A stretch of DNA of 64,000 bases from the NCBI GenBank assembly GCA_963845755.1, contig CAWJTV010000027.1, forward strand, positions 192,001-256,000. The letters run 5' to 3'. Each line of letters starts with the position of its first letter. Within the stretch, counting starts at the first letter, position 1. Below the pieces are notes generated by a model. The model did not search any database. It was not told the origin of the DNA and saw nothing but the letters and a program-made list of their open reading frames with translations. Source of the stretch: an uncultured Planctomycetota bacterium (GTDB lineage Bacteria; Planctomycetota; Planctomycetia; Isosphaerales; Isosphaeraceae). Of this stretch, positions 1 to 12,744 are shown in pieces. A program made the position numbers and the translations under genes.

Positions 1-36
1 TCCGAACAGGAGGGCGGCCGAACCGAGAGCTCTCAT
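1..36 (-). CDS. Possible 5' end of a downstream gene (MRALGSAALLFG...), running off the window
   Basis: ATG at 36-34 just after the DUF1501 stop, with a hydrophobic signal-peptide-like start. Only 12 codons are visible. Confidence 0.3.
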   Translation of the reverse strand, partial: MRALGSAALLFG

Positions 37-64
37 TGTTGGAATCCTGGTCACCGGTATGCGT

Positions 65-1433
65 TCAGAATAGCTCCTCGATGACCTGGCCGTCGGGTGC
101 GAGGTTGATCCCGGTCAGGTCGGCGGCGCCGATGCCCAGGCGGGCGAAGATCGTGGCGCCCAGGTCGGCCGGGCTGAAATGACGGTCGGCCGGATGCTCG
201 GCGACGCTTGTCGGAGGTGCCGATCGCCCGACCGCCCTGGACTCCGCCGCCGGCCAGCAGCGCCGTGTAGCACTGAGGGTGATGCTCGCGGCCGGCGCGG
301 TCGTTGATCTTCGGCGAGCGGCCGAACTCGCCCACCGCGACGACCAGCGTCGTGTCGAGCAATCCGCGTCGGTCGAGGTCCTCGATCAGGGCCGACAGCG
401 CCCGGTCGAACATCCAGCCGTGCTGATCCTGCATGATCGCGAAATAACGGTCGTGCATATCCCAGCCGCCGTCGCCGCTGTCTTCGATCGCCTCGACATG
501 GGTGCTCCAGTTGACCTGGACGAACGGCTGTCCCGCCTCGACCAACCGCCGGGCGATGAGGCAGCACTGGCCGAAGCGGTGAGGCCCGTACCGATGGCGC
601 ACGGCGGGTTGCTCGCGCTCGACGTCGAGGGCCGAGAGGCTCTGACTCGAGCCGATGAGCGAGTGGGCCAGCTCGTAATGGCGGTCGAGTCGCGCGGCGG
701 GACTCGCCGCGGGCGTGAGCCCTCCATCGAGCTGGTGCCGCAGGTCCCACCGGGCTTCGAGGCGGGCGGCGGAGACGCTCTCGGGCAACTGGGCGTCGGG
801 CAGCCTCACGCCGGCGCCGGGCTCGTACCGGAGGCGGAACGGGTCATGGGCCGAGCCAAGTGTCCCGCCACCTTCGCCGACCACCCGCTTCTTCCCCTGG
901 TGCAACGGATCGCCCAGGATCACGTAGGGCGGGATCGAGCCAGGCCGGCCCCGGTGCAGCCGGCCGACGATCGCGCCGGTGCTGGGCCGCTCGGCGCCCG
1001 CGACACTCGCGTCGCCGAGCCCCCGCGCCCCGGCCCGGCTGCCGGTCAATCCCATCGTCCCGGCGATGCCGTGGTCGGTCTCGTCGTGGTGCATCGTCCG
1101 CACCAGCGAGAACTTGTCGGCGCATCGGGCCAGGTTCGGCAGCAGCTCGCAGATCCTCAGCCCGGGGACCCTGGTCGCGATCGGCACGAACGGCCCCCGA
1201 TACTCGATCGGGGCGTCCGGTTTCATATCAAACGTGTCGAGCTGGCTCGGCGCCCCCCAGAGCCAGAGCAGGATGATCGATCGGGCCTGGCCGCCGGTCG
1301 CGCGGGCCGAGGCTCGGAGGGCCAGGTAATCGGCGAGCGTCAGCCCCAGCGGGCCGATCGCCCCGACGCGCAGGAACGACCGCCGGGAAATCCTCCCGCA
1401 GGTTCGATCCTGCTTCCGAGCGATCCTCAACAT
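65..1433 (-). CDS. DUF1501 domain protein (Tat signal), frameshifted near 205
   Basis: SRRSFLRVG Tat motif plus GAPSQLDTFDMKP, GGWDMH and GEFGRSPKIN..GREH. The C-terminus (PADLGATIFARLGI..VIEELF*) continues in another frame to TGA at 67-65. Confidence 0.9.
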
Positions 1434-1507
1434 GGCTCCGACCCTCTCGAGCGCCGGCGATGAGCACGGATGAACCCAGACGATTATCTCACAAATCCCT
1501 CCGATGG

Positions 1508-2644
1508 TCACCAGGTCGCGATCCAGGCAATCAGCCGGCGGCCGGCCGAGCTGAAGGTCTGCTCGCCCAGGCGGTCGGGCTCGACCCATCGGGCGTCAAC
1601 CAGGCCGGGGCCGGGGTCGAGCGTACCCGAGCGGGCCTCCGCGCGGTGGACGTTCAGCGTGACCCGGTGGTTCGTGACGCTGTATCGAAGGGTGGTCAAC
1701 AGCGAGCCGACCTCGGCCTGGATCCCCGTCAGCCGCCGGATTCCCTCGGCCAGTTCGACCGGGACGCCGAAGGACCGACCTGCCGGGTCGGCGCCGGCGA
1801 CGTGGATGGTCGGAAACTCCCAGAAGTGCTCCCAGAGTCCGCCTGCGCCGCGCTGGACGATCAAGATCTGACCGTTGCGAGAGACAACCGCACAGGCCTC
1901 GTTGACCGCCGCCGGAGGCGGTTTCGGCGTCGTCATCGGGATCGAATCCTGAAGGCCGAGCTGGCGGGCCCGGCAGAGGGTAGCCAGCGGGCAAAGCAGG
2001 CAGCTCGGCGACCGCGGCGTGCACACGAGGGCACCCAGATCCATCAATGCTTGATTGAAATCACCCGCTCCCAGTTCCGGGACCAGGTCTTCCGCCGCTT
2101 GCCAGATCCGCTCCCGTACTCGGGATACGTTCAGATCCTCGCGCACCGCCAGGAGTCGCACCAGCACGCGCTGGCTATTGGCCTCGACGATGGGCTCCGG
2201 CCGATCGAAGGCGAATGACAGAACCGCACCCGCGATGTAGCGCCCCACTCCCGGCAGGGCCCGGACCGCCGTCAGATCGTCCGGAATCATGCCCTCATGC
2301 TCTCGCACCACCTGCCGCGCCGCGGCCTGGAGTTGCCGGGCGCGGCGGTAATACCCCAGACCTTCCCACGCCTTGAGCACCTCGGCCTCATCCGCCTCCG
2401 CCAGCGACCGGATATCCGGAAATTGCCGGAGGAACCGCTCGAAGTACGGAATCACCGCCGTCACTGTCGTCTGCACCAGCATCAACTCTGAGACCAGGAT
2501 CCGATACGGATCCCGGTCGGCTCGCCATGGTAAGGGGCGGCGGGCATCCCGATACCACTCCGTCAGCCGTTCGCGCACCCCGGCAATCCATTCCCCATCT
2601 AGGTCCGGCTCCGATCGCGATGCCCTTTTCTCGGATTTCCCCAT
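1508..2644 (-). CDS. mutY: A/G-specific adenine DNA glycosylase MutY
   Basis: LPWR..DPYRILVSELML, WEGLGYYRRAR, HhH LPGVGRY, Fe-S motif CTPRSPSCLLCPLATLC and a C-terminal NUDIX-like domain. Confidence 0.95.
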   Translation of the reverse strand: MGKSEKRASRSEPDLDGEWIAGVRERLTEWYRDARRPLPWRADRDPYRILVSELMLVQTTVTAVIPYFERFLRQFPDIRSLAEADEAEVLKAWEGLGYYRRARQLQAAARQVVREHEGMIPDDLTAVRALPGVGRYIAGAVLSFAFDRPEPIVEANSQRVLVRLLAVREDLNVSRVRERIWQAAEDLVPELGAGDFNQALMDLGALVCTPRSPSCLLCPLATLCRARQLGLQDSIPMTTPKPPPAAVNEACAVVSRNGQILIVQRGAGGLWEHFWEFPTIHVAGADPAGRSFGVPVELAEGIRRLTGIQAEVGSLLTTLRYSVTNHRVTLNVHRAEARSGTLDPGPGLVDARWVEPDRLGEQTFSSAGRRLIAWIATW

Positions 2645-3149
2645 TGGGTTTCACTACCTCCTCCGCAAAACCCGCGTTTCGTTAGGCCATAGTAATCCCG
2701 ATTTCGGGATTTTTTTCCTAAATCGGGAAAACTTCTCTCGCAGTCGGGGAGAGAATGTACGATAATCAGTTCAACAAAGCGCCGAGACTTCCTAGTTTTT
2801 CCCGAATTCCCTCTCAATCCAATCAGGCGAATCGGCAAATTCGGAAAAACTAGTTAAGTGCTTTGTCCAACGGGAATCTTCGCTACGATGCGGGGTTTCT
2901 CGCTTGTGCGACGAATGCCATCAATGATCGACGTTCCGATCGATTTTCCAGAAACGACGACGTGTTGAGTAGTCAGTAGTCGGTGGTCCGAGGATAGCAA
3001 AACATTTGTCTTTGCTCGGTACCGACTACGGCTCAAAGGTTTTCTCTATCACGATGAGGTGTAGCGTGAACGGCGAAGCGGTCATCGAGAGGCGGCGTGA
3101 GCCGTGCGGGGCGCGGGGCTTCCCGGAGAAGGCCAATCCGAATCGACCC

Positions 3150-3800
3150 ATGCGCGGCGGGATGCAAGAACCTCTCTCACCCACTGACCCCACAGGGGGG
3201 GGAAGGCTCCCCGACGACGCGGGGCCGTATCCCGAGAAATGCGACCCACGGGGTCGTCGGAGTCCGCTGACGGAAGATCAGAGCCGGCTGGTGGTGAGGT
3301 ATCTGCCGCTGGCGAAGGGGATGGCTCTCAAGATGGGTCTCCCGAAATCCGAACGCGAGGAGTTGATCTCGGCGGCCTACCTGGCCCTGGTCGAGGCCGC
3401 CCAGTCGTTCGATGCGGCCTATACCGTGGGCTTCGCGGCTTTCGCCCGCCACCGGATCTATGGGGCGTTGTGCAATTGCCGGCGGTCCTGGCTCCGGCTG
3501 GCCAGGCGAAGTAAGACGGCCCGCAGGCCGGCGTTCTACCGGCTGGATCCTCGCGATGCGACACATGAGTCGGTTCTCATCCAGGAGACGGAGCCGCGGA
3601 CCGGCCCGGAATTCGAGCAGACCGAGGCAATGGAGTCGTACTTCCGACTACTGCCGAGGGACCAGGCCACGGCTTGTCGCCTCATTTACCTGAACGGGAA
3701 GTCCCAGGATGAAGTCGCGGACGTGCTCGGCTATTCCAAAGCGTACCTGTCGCGCCTGCACCGCAATGCCCTCGATTCGCTCAGGCGGCGGTGTTCGTAG
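3150..3800 (+). CDS. Sigma-70 family (FliA/WhiG-like, short) RNA polymerase sigma factor
   Basis: Region 2 (EELISAAYLALVEAAQSFD..FAAFARHRIYGAL) and region 4 HTH (SQDEVADVLGYSKAYLSRL). Start is uncertain (3150 or 3162). Confidence 0.85.
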   Translation: MRGGMQEPLSPTDPTGGGRLPDDAGPYPEKCDPRGRRSPLTEDQSRLVVRYLPLAKGMALKMGLPKSEREELISAAYLALVEAAQSFDAAYTVGFAAFARHRIYGALCNCRRSWLRLARRSKTARRPAFYRLDPRDATHESVLIQETEPRTGPEFEQTEAMESYFRLLPRDQATACRLIYLNGKSQDEVADVLGYSKAYLSRLHRNALDSLRRRCS

Positions 3801-3866
3801 TGGAAAGGAGGCGAACACTCCGGACCGTTCTGTCTCCGATGTCTTGACCAGCCGCTTGTCGGAGGC

Positions 3867-5045
3867 TCAGGCCGCTCGATCGCCTGCGAGATGGGCATGC
3901 CCATGCCCGTCCAGGAACTGACGGATCGAGCCGACCACATACCGCTGTTGTTCGTCGGTCAACTCCGGATACATCGGCAAGGCCAGGGTCTCGTGCGCGG
4001 CCGATTCCGCGTTCGGGAAATCGCCGGGCTGATGACCCAACGTCGCGAAGCAGGGCTGCAAATGCAGGGGGATCGGGTAATAAACCTCCGTCCCGATCTG
4101 GCGGCCCGTCAGATACTCGCGCAGCGGATCGCGGACCGGAGCGGGAACACGGATGACGTATTGATTGAAGACGTGATAACATTCTTGTCGTTCGATGGGG
4201 AGGGTGATGAGGTCGCTGAGCCCATGGGCCTGGGAGAGGGTGAGGTACCGTGCGGCGGCTTCCCGGCGCCTGCGGGTCCAGGACTCGAGGTGGCGGAGCT
4301 TGACGCGGAGGACCGCGGCCTGGATGGCATCGAGTCGCGAGTTGAAACCGACCTCACGATGATGGTACTTCGGCTCCATACCATGGACGCGCAACCGAGC
4401 CAAGGTTGGAGCGAGGGTTGGGTCATCGGTCGTCATCAGCCCGCCGTCGCCGAAGCCACCGAGGTTCTTGGAGGGGTAGAAGCTGAATGCGGCGGCATGG
4501 CCGAGGGTGCCGGCCCGGCGCCCGTGGTAGGCTGAGCCGATAGCCTGGGCGGCATCTTCCAGCACGAAGAGGCCGTGATGCCGCGCGATCTCATTGATGG
4601 GATCCATGTCGGCGGCCTGGCCGTAGAGATGGACCGGGATGATCGCACGGGTCCGCGGCGTGATGGCGGCCTCGATCCGGGCCGGGTCGATATTATAGGT
4701 GTCGGGTTCGATGTTGACGAAGACCGGCCGGGCGCCGGTCCGCCAGATGGAGCCGGCGGTGGCGAAGAAGGAGTATGGGGTGGTGATGACCTCGTCGTCG
4801 GGCCGGATTCCCAGCGCCATCAGGGGCAACAGGAGGGCATCGGTCCCCGAGGCACAACCTACGGCGCGCGCGGCGCCGCAGTATTCGGCCAACTCGGTCT
4901 CGAACCGCTCAACTTCCGGGCCCTGGATGAACATCTGGCTCTCGATGACGTGCTGGACCGCGGAGTTGATCTCGTCGCGGATCGACTGGTACTGCGCCTT
5001 GAGGTCAAGGGCCGGGACGGCCACGGATTTCGGCGAGACGCTCAT
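3867..5045 (-). CDS. DegT/DnrJ/EryC1/StrS family PLP-dependent aminotransferase
   Basis: [35 protein letters not shown] and [10 protein letters not shown] motifs. Confidence 0.95.
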   Translation of the reverse strand: MSVSPKSVAVPALDLKAQYQSIRDEINSAVQHVIESQMFIQGPEVERFETELAEYCGAARAVGCASGTDALLLPLMALGIRPDDEVITTPYSFFATAGSIWRTGARPVFVNIEPDTYNIDPARIEAAITPRTRAIIPVHLYGQAADMDPINEIARHHGLFVLEDAAQAIGSAYHGRRAGTLGHAAAFSFYPSKNLGGFGDGGLMTTDDPTLAPTLARLRVHGMEPKYHHREVGFNSRLDAIQAAVLRVKLRHLESWTRRRREAAARYLTLSQAHGLSDLITLPIERQECYHVFNQYVIRVPAPVRDPLREYLTGRQIGTEVYYPIPLHLQPCFATLGHQPGDFPNAESAAHETLALPMYPELTDEQQRYVVGSIRQFLDGHGHAHLAGDRAA

Positions 5046-5298
5046 CGGCGATCACTCCTTTGACGCCTCTGGCGGATGCGAAGGGGTCGTTCACCCACCC
5101 TACGATGTGCGTGATCTCCTTCCCTGGAGATATCGGACGCCGCACGCTAGTGCCTGGCACCAATCATGTCAATGGCGGTTGCGGCGGGGAGGATTGGGAG
5201 AGTCGGGAGGATCGGGGGCTGCGGAAGCCGGTTTCTCAACGTAAGTGGCAGAGATGGCGAAAGATGCGGCCCTGAATTGCAGTCCACCGAATACGATT

Positions 5299-5724
5299 TT
5301 ACAAGTCGCCTCTGACGGATCCCAACTCCCGAACCCGCGCCGCGACCAGGGAATCCAGCAGGGGATGCGGTCCCAGGGGCAGTCCCAGTCGGAAATCGAG
5401 GTCCGGGTATCGCCGCGCCAGCTCGTCCCGGGCCGCGGTGAGGTCGCGGCGCAGGTGCACGCCCGCCGAGAGGAAGTAAGGAACTATCAGAACGCGGGTT
5501 GCGCCTCGGGAGGCACAACGGTCGCCGCCGGCTGGTATGTCGGGCTCGGCCAGCTCGAGGAAACAGGCTTCGACGATCGGGAATTCCCCGGAGGCCGAGA
5601 GGCGCGCGGCCAGCTCGATCAGGTCGTTGTTGGCCGAGGGCTCGCGGCTGCCGTGGGCGATGAGCAAAACCGCGGTGCGTTCGGAGGACGATGTCGGAAT
5701 TGCCGGGATTTCTCGAGAATCCAT
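5299..5724 (-). CDS. cbiX: CbiX/SirB family sirohydrochlorin chelatase
   Basis: IAHGSR, FLELAEP, PYFLSAGVH and PLGPHP motifs. Confidence 0.88.
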   Translation of the reverse strand: MDSREIPAIPTSSSERTAVLLIAHGSREPSANNDLIELAARLSASGEFPIVEACFLELAEPDIPAGGDRCASRGATRVLIVPYFLSAGVHLRRDLTAARDELARRYPDLDFRLGLPLGPHPLLDSLVAARVRELGSVRGDL

Positions 5725-5768
5725 GTTCCACCTCGCCGAATCGTACGCGGCCTGGGCCGCCGGTCAAT

Positions 5769-6367
5769 TCAGGAGACCGAATCCGGAGCCACGTCCAGCT
5801 CCTGGCGGAGCCTGGCCAGGGCCCGGACCCAGAGCATGCGCACGGCGCCGACGCCCCGCCCCATGCGGCCAGCGACTTCCTCGTGGGAAAGCCCTTCGAC
5901 GTTGCGTAAGAGGATGATCTCGGCGTAGTCGGCCGGGAGTCGGGCGAGGGCGTCGGCCAGGCGAAGCTCCAGCTCGTGACGGCCGGTGCGCTCGCTCGGT
6001 GATGACTCCGGAGCCGCCAGCGCCGCGCCGAGCCGCCGCGATGATTCGGCCAACGCCTCTTCCAGCGGGACCTCACGGCCGATATCGCGCCGCTGGGCGC
6101 CGCCATAGCGCCGCACCTCGTGCAGCAGGACGTGCGCGAGGATCTGTCGGAGCCAGGCGGCCAGCTCGGCCTCGGTCCCACCCCGGAACTGGGGCCAATC
6201 CCGCACCGCTTCGAGCAAGGTCTGCTGGACGATGTCCGACGGGTCGAACTTGCGCGGAACCTCGGCTCGACCTGGAGCCGGGCCAGGAGTCCCAGCCAGC
6301 TCCGATGACGTTCGAGCTCGGCGATGCGGATCGGTTGATTGTTGACATTCTCATGCGATTGACTCAT
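5769..6367 (-). CDS. Planctomycete ECF sigma factor, frameshifted near 6250
   Basis: LLARLQV..KFDPSDIVQQT..FRGGTEAELAAWLRQIL and LPADYAEIILLRNVEGLSHEEVAGRMGR, joined across two frames. Confidence 0.88.
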
Positions 6368-6371
6368 GGGA

Positions 6372-9300
6372 TCACGACGGGTTCATGGCAACGGCCCGTC
6401 TCTTCCTCCATCGCTTCCACACGTATCGCGCCGTTCCGCGTACGACCCACGCGATCATCGCCAGGACTCCCACCAGATAGAGGCCGGGAACCAGCAAAGC
6501 GTGCCAGCCGGACCAGGTGTAATGCTCAATGGTAGGCATCCTCTGACGATCGAACCACCACCAATACGCCCCCAGCCCGGCCGTCACCAGGACGCTCAGG
6601 ACGGCGATCGTGACGAGCCGCCACCAGCGCCGACGGAGCAGGCTCGAGCCGATCATGATGACGTAGACGACCACCGGCAGTCCGCCCAGCGTGGCCAGAC
6701 TGAATCCCGCGATCGCTTGCGGGGCCGACGCGCCGGCCATCGACGGCGACACCGACAAGAGCGCCAGGAACATGGCCATCGGGATCGCGACGACGGCCGG
6801 CAGGGCCATCAGCAACCGCACGCCCCAGACGCGGCGCCGGGTCGCGAGCCTCAAGATGAACAGGGGTACGACGACGTTGATCGTCGCGAGCCCGGCCAGG
6901 CCCAGGAAGAGCCAGGGAGGGATCAGGCCCCCTCCGCCGGTTGACCACGGAAGCGGTCGCGCCGCAGCGCGGGTCGTCTCGGGCGAGGCCGAGCGCTACG
7001 GGCGTCCCTCGGGCTGGCTCGCAAGTGCCCTCAGGCGTGGTGGGCAAAACCAGGCTACAGATCGTCGTGTCATCGTCGGTCGTCAACAGGAGTGGCGACT
7101 GTGCCGCGCTGCCCGGCTCGAGCACTCTCGAAGGACGTCCCTTCCAGCACGGGCGACCGGTCGCGCCGTCGAGGGCCACCATCGAGTTGAGAACCACGGT
7201 CGCTGGTCGTCCCGCCTGAGCCGGGATCACGTGGTGGACCGGCTCCCGACTCGGCCGGGACCACAGTTCCGCGAGGTCGCCACGGCGTGCATACAGTCGA
7301 TCATCACCCTGGAGGAGCAGCTCATCGCGGCCGTCGCCGTCGAGGTCGGTGCAGGCCGCGATCTTCCCGAGCTTTCCTGCCGGTTCGGGACTCAATCGCT
7401 CGTGGCCCTGGGCGTCGAGGATCACGACCTGTTTGCCGAAGTCGAAGCAGACTTCCCGGCGGCCCTTGCCCTCGAAATCGGCAAGGTAGAGCGGCGCGCC
7501 CTTGATGGACGGACCACGAACGTCCCCGCAGCGCGAGATCCAGCGGGTGGCGCCATCGCGGCCATCGAGCGCGGTCGCCTCGGCGACCGGCGGGGTGCCT
7601 TCAGTTGACCGATCTCCGACGATCACTTCGGCGCGGCCATCACCGTCGAGGTCGCCAACCACATACGCGGCGCTCTGGTCCCGGATCGGATGAGCCCAGA
7701 GGGTCTTGCCGTCGCGGAACGATAAAGCACGCAGTTCGAGGGGGGTCGGCCCGGCGCGGGAGTCGCGAAGGTCCGCAAAACGACGTCAAGGCTGCCGTCG
7801 CCGTCAAGGTCGCCGTACTGATGATCGAAGCCCATGTGCTTCGCCAATCCCGCCTAGTGCTCCGCCAGGAGGATATCCCAGACGACTCGTCCATCGCGCC
7901 CCGAGAGCCGTGTCAGATGGGTCTGCGGGACCTGGGAGCCTGGCGCCGTCGAGCTGACTCTCGCCTTGCGGGTGGTGTGCATCACCAGCAAGTCCGCGAT
8001 GCCCGTGGCCTTGTCGATGCGAACATCGATCCCTTCGACCTAGGAGTACCCGAAGGCTTGGGACCCCAGCGATGGCAACGGACCAGCCCCCCAGAGCCGC
8101 CGGCCGGAACGCCCCGAGAGGACCTGGATCGGCAGGATTGCGGTCCCCCTGGCGTCCCCACGGCCTCCGTCCTCTCTCTTGACGACCACCACCTCCGGCG
8201 CCCCATCGCCGTCGAGGTCGCCTGCGGGGAGCGGGAAGGTCGAGAGGGTCGAGTGTGACGCCATCTGGGGACCGAGCCAGGCTTCCCAGTTGAGCGGGCT
8301 CTCGGCGTCGTCGAGCGTCCTGGTCCAGAGTGCGCGGCCATTGCGGCCTGAGCGGGCCAAAGCCGTGCGGCTGTTCATCTTCACCTTCTCGAAGGCGTCC
8401 CAGATCTGCAGCTCGACCGTCATGGCATCGGCGATGCCGTCGCCGTCGAAATCGCCGGCTGGAATCAATTCGTCAAGACTCCGCCACGCCTCCGGCGGCT
8501 CGGCGCGGAACGCCCGGAGCTTGCCGTTGACCGAGCCCCAGAGATCCGCGATGCCGTCGCCGTCGAGATCGGCGAGCCTGGGCCAGGACAGGCCATCGAT
8601 CGTGTGCAGCGTGCGGCCCGTCGAGGCTTCCAGGAGACGTACCGCAGGCGGCATGGGGTGGTACAGCGGGCTCGTCGGGTCGTCCTCTCCCGGCACCTTG
8701 CCGCCGAGGGGGACCACCAGCAAAGGCCAGCCGTCGGGCCCGCGCCCCCACCAGATCGGCGGCCAGAGTCGGGGCACGGAGTAGTCCGTCACATCCTCGT
8801 GCCACCACCAGAGCGGATGGCCGTCTTTGCCGGAGAGCGCGTTCGACGTAGACCCGCGTCCGATCGAGCGGGCCCTCCATGGAGTAGGTGCCTGGGCTCC
8901 GGCCGTAGTAGCGTGAGACCGCCACGAGGTCGCGGGTGCCGTCGCCGTCAAGATCGGGTGCGGCGATCAGGTGGGCCAGGCCGTCAGGCCAGCGCGGGTC
9001 GGGCCGCATGGGGCGAACCCATCGCGTCTGGCCAGTCGCACCCTCGAGCAGCCGCACTCCCCGATAATCCTTGCACTGCGGGAGGATGCCCGAGTCGGGC
9101 ACCACAACCTCCTGCGCGGCCATCGCCGTCGAGGTCGCTGACCAGCGGCCAGGCGTCCGCTGCGGCGGCACGAGGCGTCTGGGATTCGAAGCCGGAGACC
9201 GGCTCGAGCCAGAGTGGCTCGCGCGTCACGATCGAGTGGGCGTTCAGGGTTATCGAATTCCCCTTCGGCGCCAGTCCCATCGCCAGGACTTCGGGCGAGC

Positions 9301-11717
9301 CATCGCCGTCGAGGTCCGCATGCTGGACGGGCCGGACGGGTGTGAAGCCGAAGTCGATGGTCCGGCCGTGGGGCTTGCCAGTCAGCGGATCGAGTTCGGT
9401 CCACTGCGAGCCGACGACTTGCGCGACGATCGGTCCCCTGCGGCCCGGCACGACCACGACCTCGGTGTCGAAAGCATCGAATGGCGTCGGCGTCCCGGAC
9501 CCGCGGTTCAGGCGATCCCACAGCCAGGGCCGCGACTTCGTCGTCGCGTCGAGCGTCCGGGACCACAAGGTGCGCCCCGTCCGGCCCGAGATGGCCGCGA
9601 TCACGCGACGGCCCGGCTGGTTCTTCTCGAAGTGAGTCACGCTCCTGTCGGCACCGAACGAGAAGGCGCTTCCGGTCGGGTCGTCGAACACGAAGAAGAG
9701 GGCGAGGAGGTTGACTACGCCGTCGTCGTCGGCCTGGACCAGGATCGGCGACCCGATGACCCGCCCGCCCTCGATGGCCGGTTTGGGCTTCCCTCCGCCC
9801 GCCGTACCAGCTTCCTCAAGGGCCTTGTCGAGCTCGTCCGGGCCGCGCGAATCCGGGCCGCGGAGACCGTTGACGGCGGGCGAGTAGGTCCAGAGCATCG
9901 ACCCATCCCGGCCGGAGACGGCCAGGAGCGAGGGGGTCCGGGCGAAGGCCATGACGACGTCGCCGGTGCCGTCGCCGTTGAGGTCGGGTGAAGGTTTGAC
10001 CAGCGTGCCAGGTCGTTCGCCATCGTTGATGGTGATGAGTGCCAGCCTTTGCATCCAGGCGAACGCGTCGTGACCGAGGTCCGCGGGCCCTCCCCGCCGA
10101 TCGGCATTCCAGATCACCTCGCCCGTCGAGAGGTCGCGGCGGAGCAACGTCTGGCCGGTCCACTCGATGAAGTCGGCCTTGCCCGGTTTCAGCACCAGGG
10201 CGTCCCCGGCCGGCGGATAGGGGATGGACATCTCGCCCAGCAGACAGTTCTCGTCGAGCGCGAGGCGATAACTCCGGGTCTCTCCCCGGTGGACCGCAAG
10301 GCGGTACGTTTGACCGAGCAGTCCCATCCCCTGAACGCGCAACCAATAATCGCCCGCCGGCAGGGCAAGGGTGGTGTGGGTGCCGAGGTCGAACGGCTCG
10401 CCGATGGGCTCGTCGCCCGACTCGGGGAGCACCACCGACGTCAAGGCGGGTCCGGTCGTGGACAGGACCACTCGGCCGAGCCGCCAGTCGCTGTAGAATC
10501 GCCAGCCGAAGACCGCGCCGGCCATCAGGAGCATCGTGGCCGCCACGACGAGGGCGCCGGTGGCCAGGGCCTTCTTCCGCTTGCGGACGTAGCGCACCAC
10601 GATCGCGAGTGCGTGGGCGCGGCGGGCGCGGATCGGGCGGCCGTCGCGCACGGCGCAGGTCCTCGGCGAGCGCCTGGGCGGTCGCATAACGCTGTCCCGG
10701 TTCCTTGGCCAGGCAGGTGAGGATGATCGTCTCCAGGTCGCGGGGCAGCTCCGGGCGGATCTGTCTCGGCCGCGCCGGTTCCTCGGTGAGGATCTGGGCG
10801 ATCACGCCCATGGGGGCGGTCGCATCGAAGACGGGCCGGCCGGTGGCGAGCTCGTACAGCGATGCGCCCAGGCTGTAGACGTCCGTGCGGTGATCGATCG
10901 GCCGCCGGACCGATTCGGCCTGCTCCGGGCTCATGTAACGCGGCGTGCCCATCAGCATCCCGCACAGGGTGAGAGTCACCTCGTCGGCGCACTTGGCCAG
11001 GCCGAAGTCGGTCAACCAGACGACTTCCTCGGCGTCGAGCAGCAGGTTCGACGGTTTGATGTCGCGATGGATCACCCCGCGCTGGTGGGCATGAGCCAGG
11101 GCCTCGGCCGCCTGAAGGCCCCAGCGCGCGATGTCCGTGGGCGGCAACGGCTTGCTGGCCTGCCGGGAATCGGCCAGGACATCCGCCAGGCTGCGCCCCT
11201 GGATAAACTGCATCGCGTAGTAATGGACGCCGCGCTCGCTGCCGATGGCGAAGATCGGCACGATGTTGGTATGGTGCAACCGCGCGACGGTCTCGGCCTC
11301 GCGATGGAACCGCTGCATGGCCTCCTCGTCCGCGACGGCGCCGAACCGGAGGACCTTCAGGGCCACCCGACGGCGGAGCGAGGTCTGCTCGGCCTCGTAG
11401 ACGACGCCCATGCCGCCGCGGCCGATCTCGCGGATGATGCGGAAATCGCCGAGCGCGGCCGGTTCCTCGATAGCCGGGCCGGTCGCGCGGTGGACGAACT
11501 CGATGCCGGCCAGGCACGCATCGAGCTGCACGGCCAGCTCCGGATGGCCCGCAAGCAGTTGGTCACGGTCGGGAGTCCTGCCGGCCTGGAGGTCGGCCAT
11601 GTAGCGGTCGAGGATGCTGACGATCGCCGCGGCCGAGCCGGTGGGAGTCGCCGTTTCCTGCGCGTGCCGATTGTTGGGATCCGGTTGGTCGATCGTGCCA
11701 TCGTCGGGCTGGGTCAT
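6372..11717 (-). CDS. Membrane Ser/Thr protein kinase with large FG-GAP/VCBS-like repeat ectodomain and C-terminal TM bundle (several frameshifts)
   Basis: GRGGMGVVY, VALKVL, HRDIKPSN, DFGLA and GTPRYMSPE, then a TM helix, many DLDGDG repeats across ORF pieces 8984-10687, 8040-8951 and 6526-7662, and hydrophobic helices in 6372-6950. Confidence 0.85.
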
Positions 11718-12329
11718 CGTCGGCGATCCCGGCGGTTTCGGAATCCAGTGCGGGAGAACCCCGATGGTCCTTCCCATCATCAATAGGGCCGATCGCCATG
11801 CGGATGTCACGCGCCACGTATCCAACGACCACGGCGGAACGAACGCCCTGGCTCCTCAGTCAGTGGGGACGCATTTTCGCGACACCCGGCGCATTCGCTG
11901 GGCGTGGTGCCGGTCGATGCACTGGGATCAGTCCACCGGTTTTGACGTAACCTTCGTTGTTGCTTGGAATTCGGGCGGAAAACCGGTGTCACGAATTGGC
12001 AATAAAGTGACCACTTTTCGGCGCGTCTCCCGCGCCGGGCGCTCGGTTCTCGATGTGCGGCGGAGCGGGTCGGCCCGGGAACTGGGGTTCGTGAAGATGG
12101 GAGGAAGGCCTGGGTGAGTCGGGGACACCGGGGCGAGCGAACCTAGACCGCTCGCGCACGCACCATCCCTCTATAGTATTAGTATAACGCAACTTTTCGA
12201 ATCCGTTAATGCACCTATTGGGGGATTGGCCCAATTTCTCGACGCAACCCTGGATACGACTGAAATATAGAAATTCTCGTGGAAAAAAATGTGCTGTGGA
12301 TTGGATCTCCCGAACCGGCGCGGATCCGG

Positions 12330-12371
12330 TTGACAGTGGAACCCGCGCCTCATATATTTGGCTATGCGGAT
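12330..12371 (+). promoter_or_regulatory. Sigma70-type promoter overlapping a putative ArsR operator
   Basis: TTGACA (12330-35), a 17-nt spacer and TATATT (12353-58), overlapped by TATATTTGG-CTAT-GCGGATG, which resembles the palindrome before arsM. Confidence 0.7.
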
Positions 12372-12723
12372 GAAGCAGCAGACCGATCCTCTGGACGGAT
12401 GCGTCGAACTCTTCAAGGCGTTCGCCGATCCGGTGCGGCTCCGGCTACTCAACCTGCTGGCGGAGGGCGAGGTGTGCGTCTGCCATCTGCATGAGGCCCT
12501 GGGCCTGCCGCAGTCCACGGTGTCCCGCCACCTGGCGTATCTGAGGAAGCGGGGTTTGGTGGTGGGCCGGAAAGAGGGGCTTTGGGTCCATTACCGGCTG
12601 GCGCGGCCGGTGGGCGACCTGCATCGAAACCTGATCGGCTGCGTCGGGGTGTGCTTCCAGGACATCGATGCCTTGAAACAAGACCGGCAGAGGCTCGATC
12701 ACGACCCTTGCTGCGAGGGCTGA
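12364..12723 (+). CDS. arsR: ArsR/SmtB family metalloregulator
   Basis: FKAFADPVRLRLL, EVCVCHL, QSTVSRHLAYLR and a C-terminal CC pair, directly upstream of arsM. Confidence 0.93.
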   Translation: MRMKQQTDPLDGCVELFKAFADPVRLRLLNLLAEGEVCVCHLHEALGLPQSTVSRHLAYLRKRGLVVGRKEGLWVHYRLARPVGDLHRNLIGCVGVCFQDIDALKQDRQRLDHDPCCEG

Positions 12724-12744
12724 GGCCAAATTTTTTTGACCCAA

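Noticed and set aside
2650..3140. AT-richer intergenic region as an ncRNA or origin
   Set aside because: No recognisable RNA motif or repeated boxes. It is consistent with a divergent promoter region.
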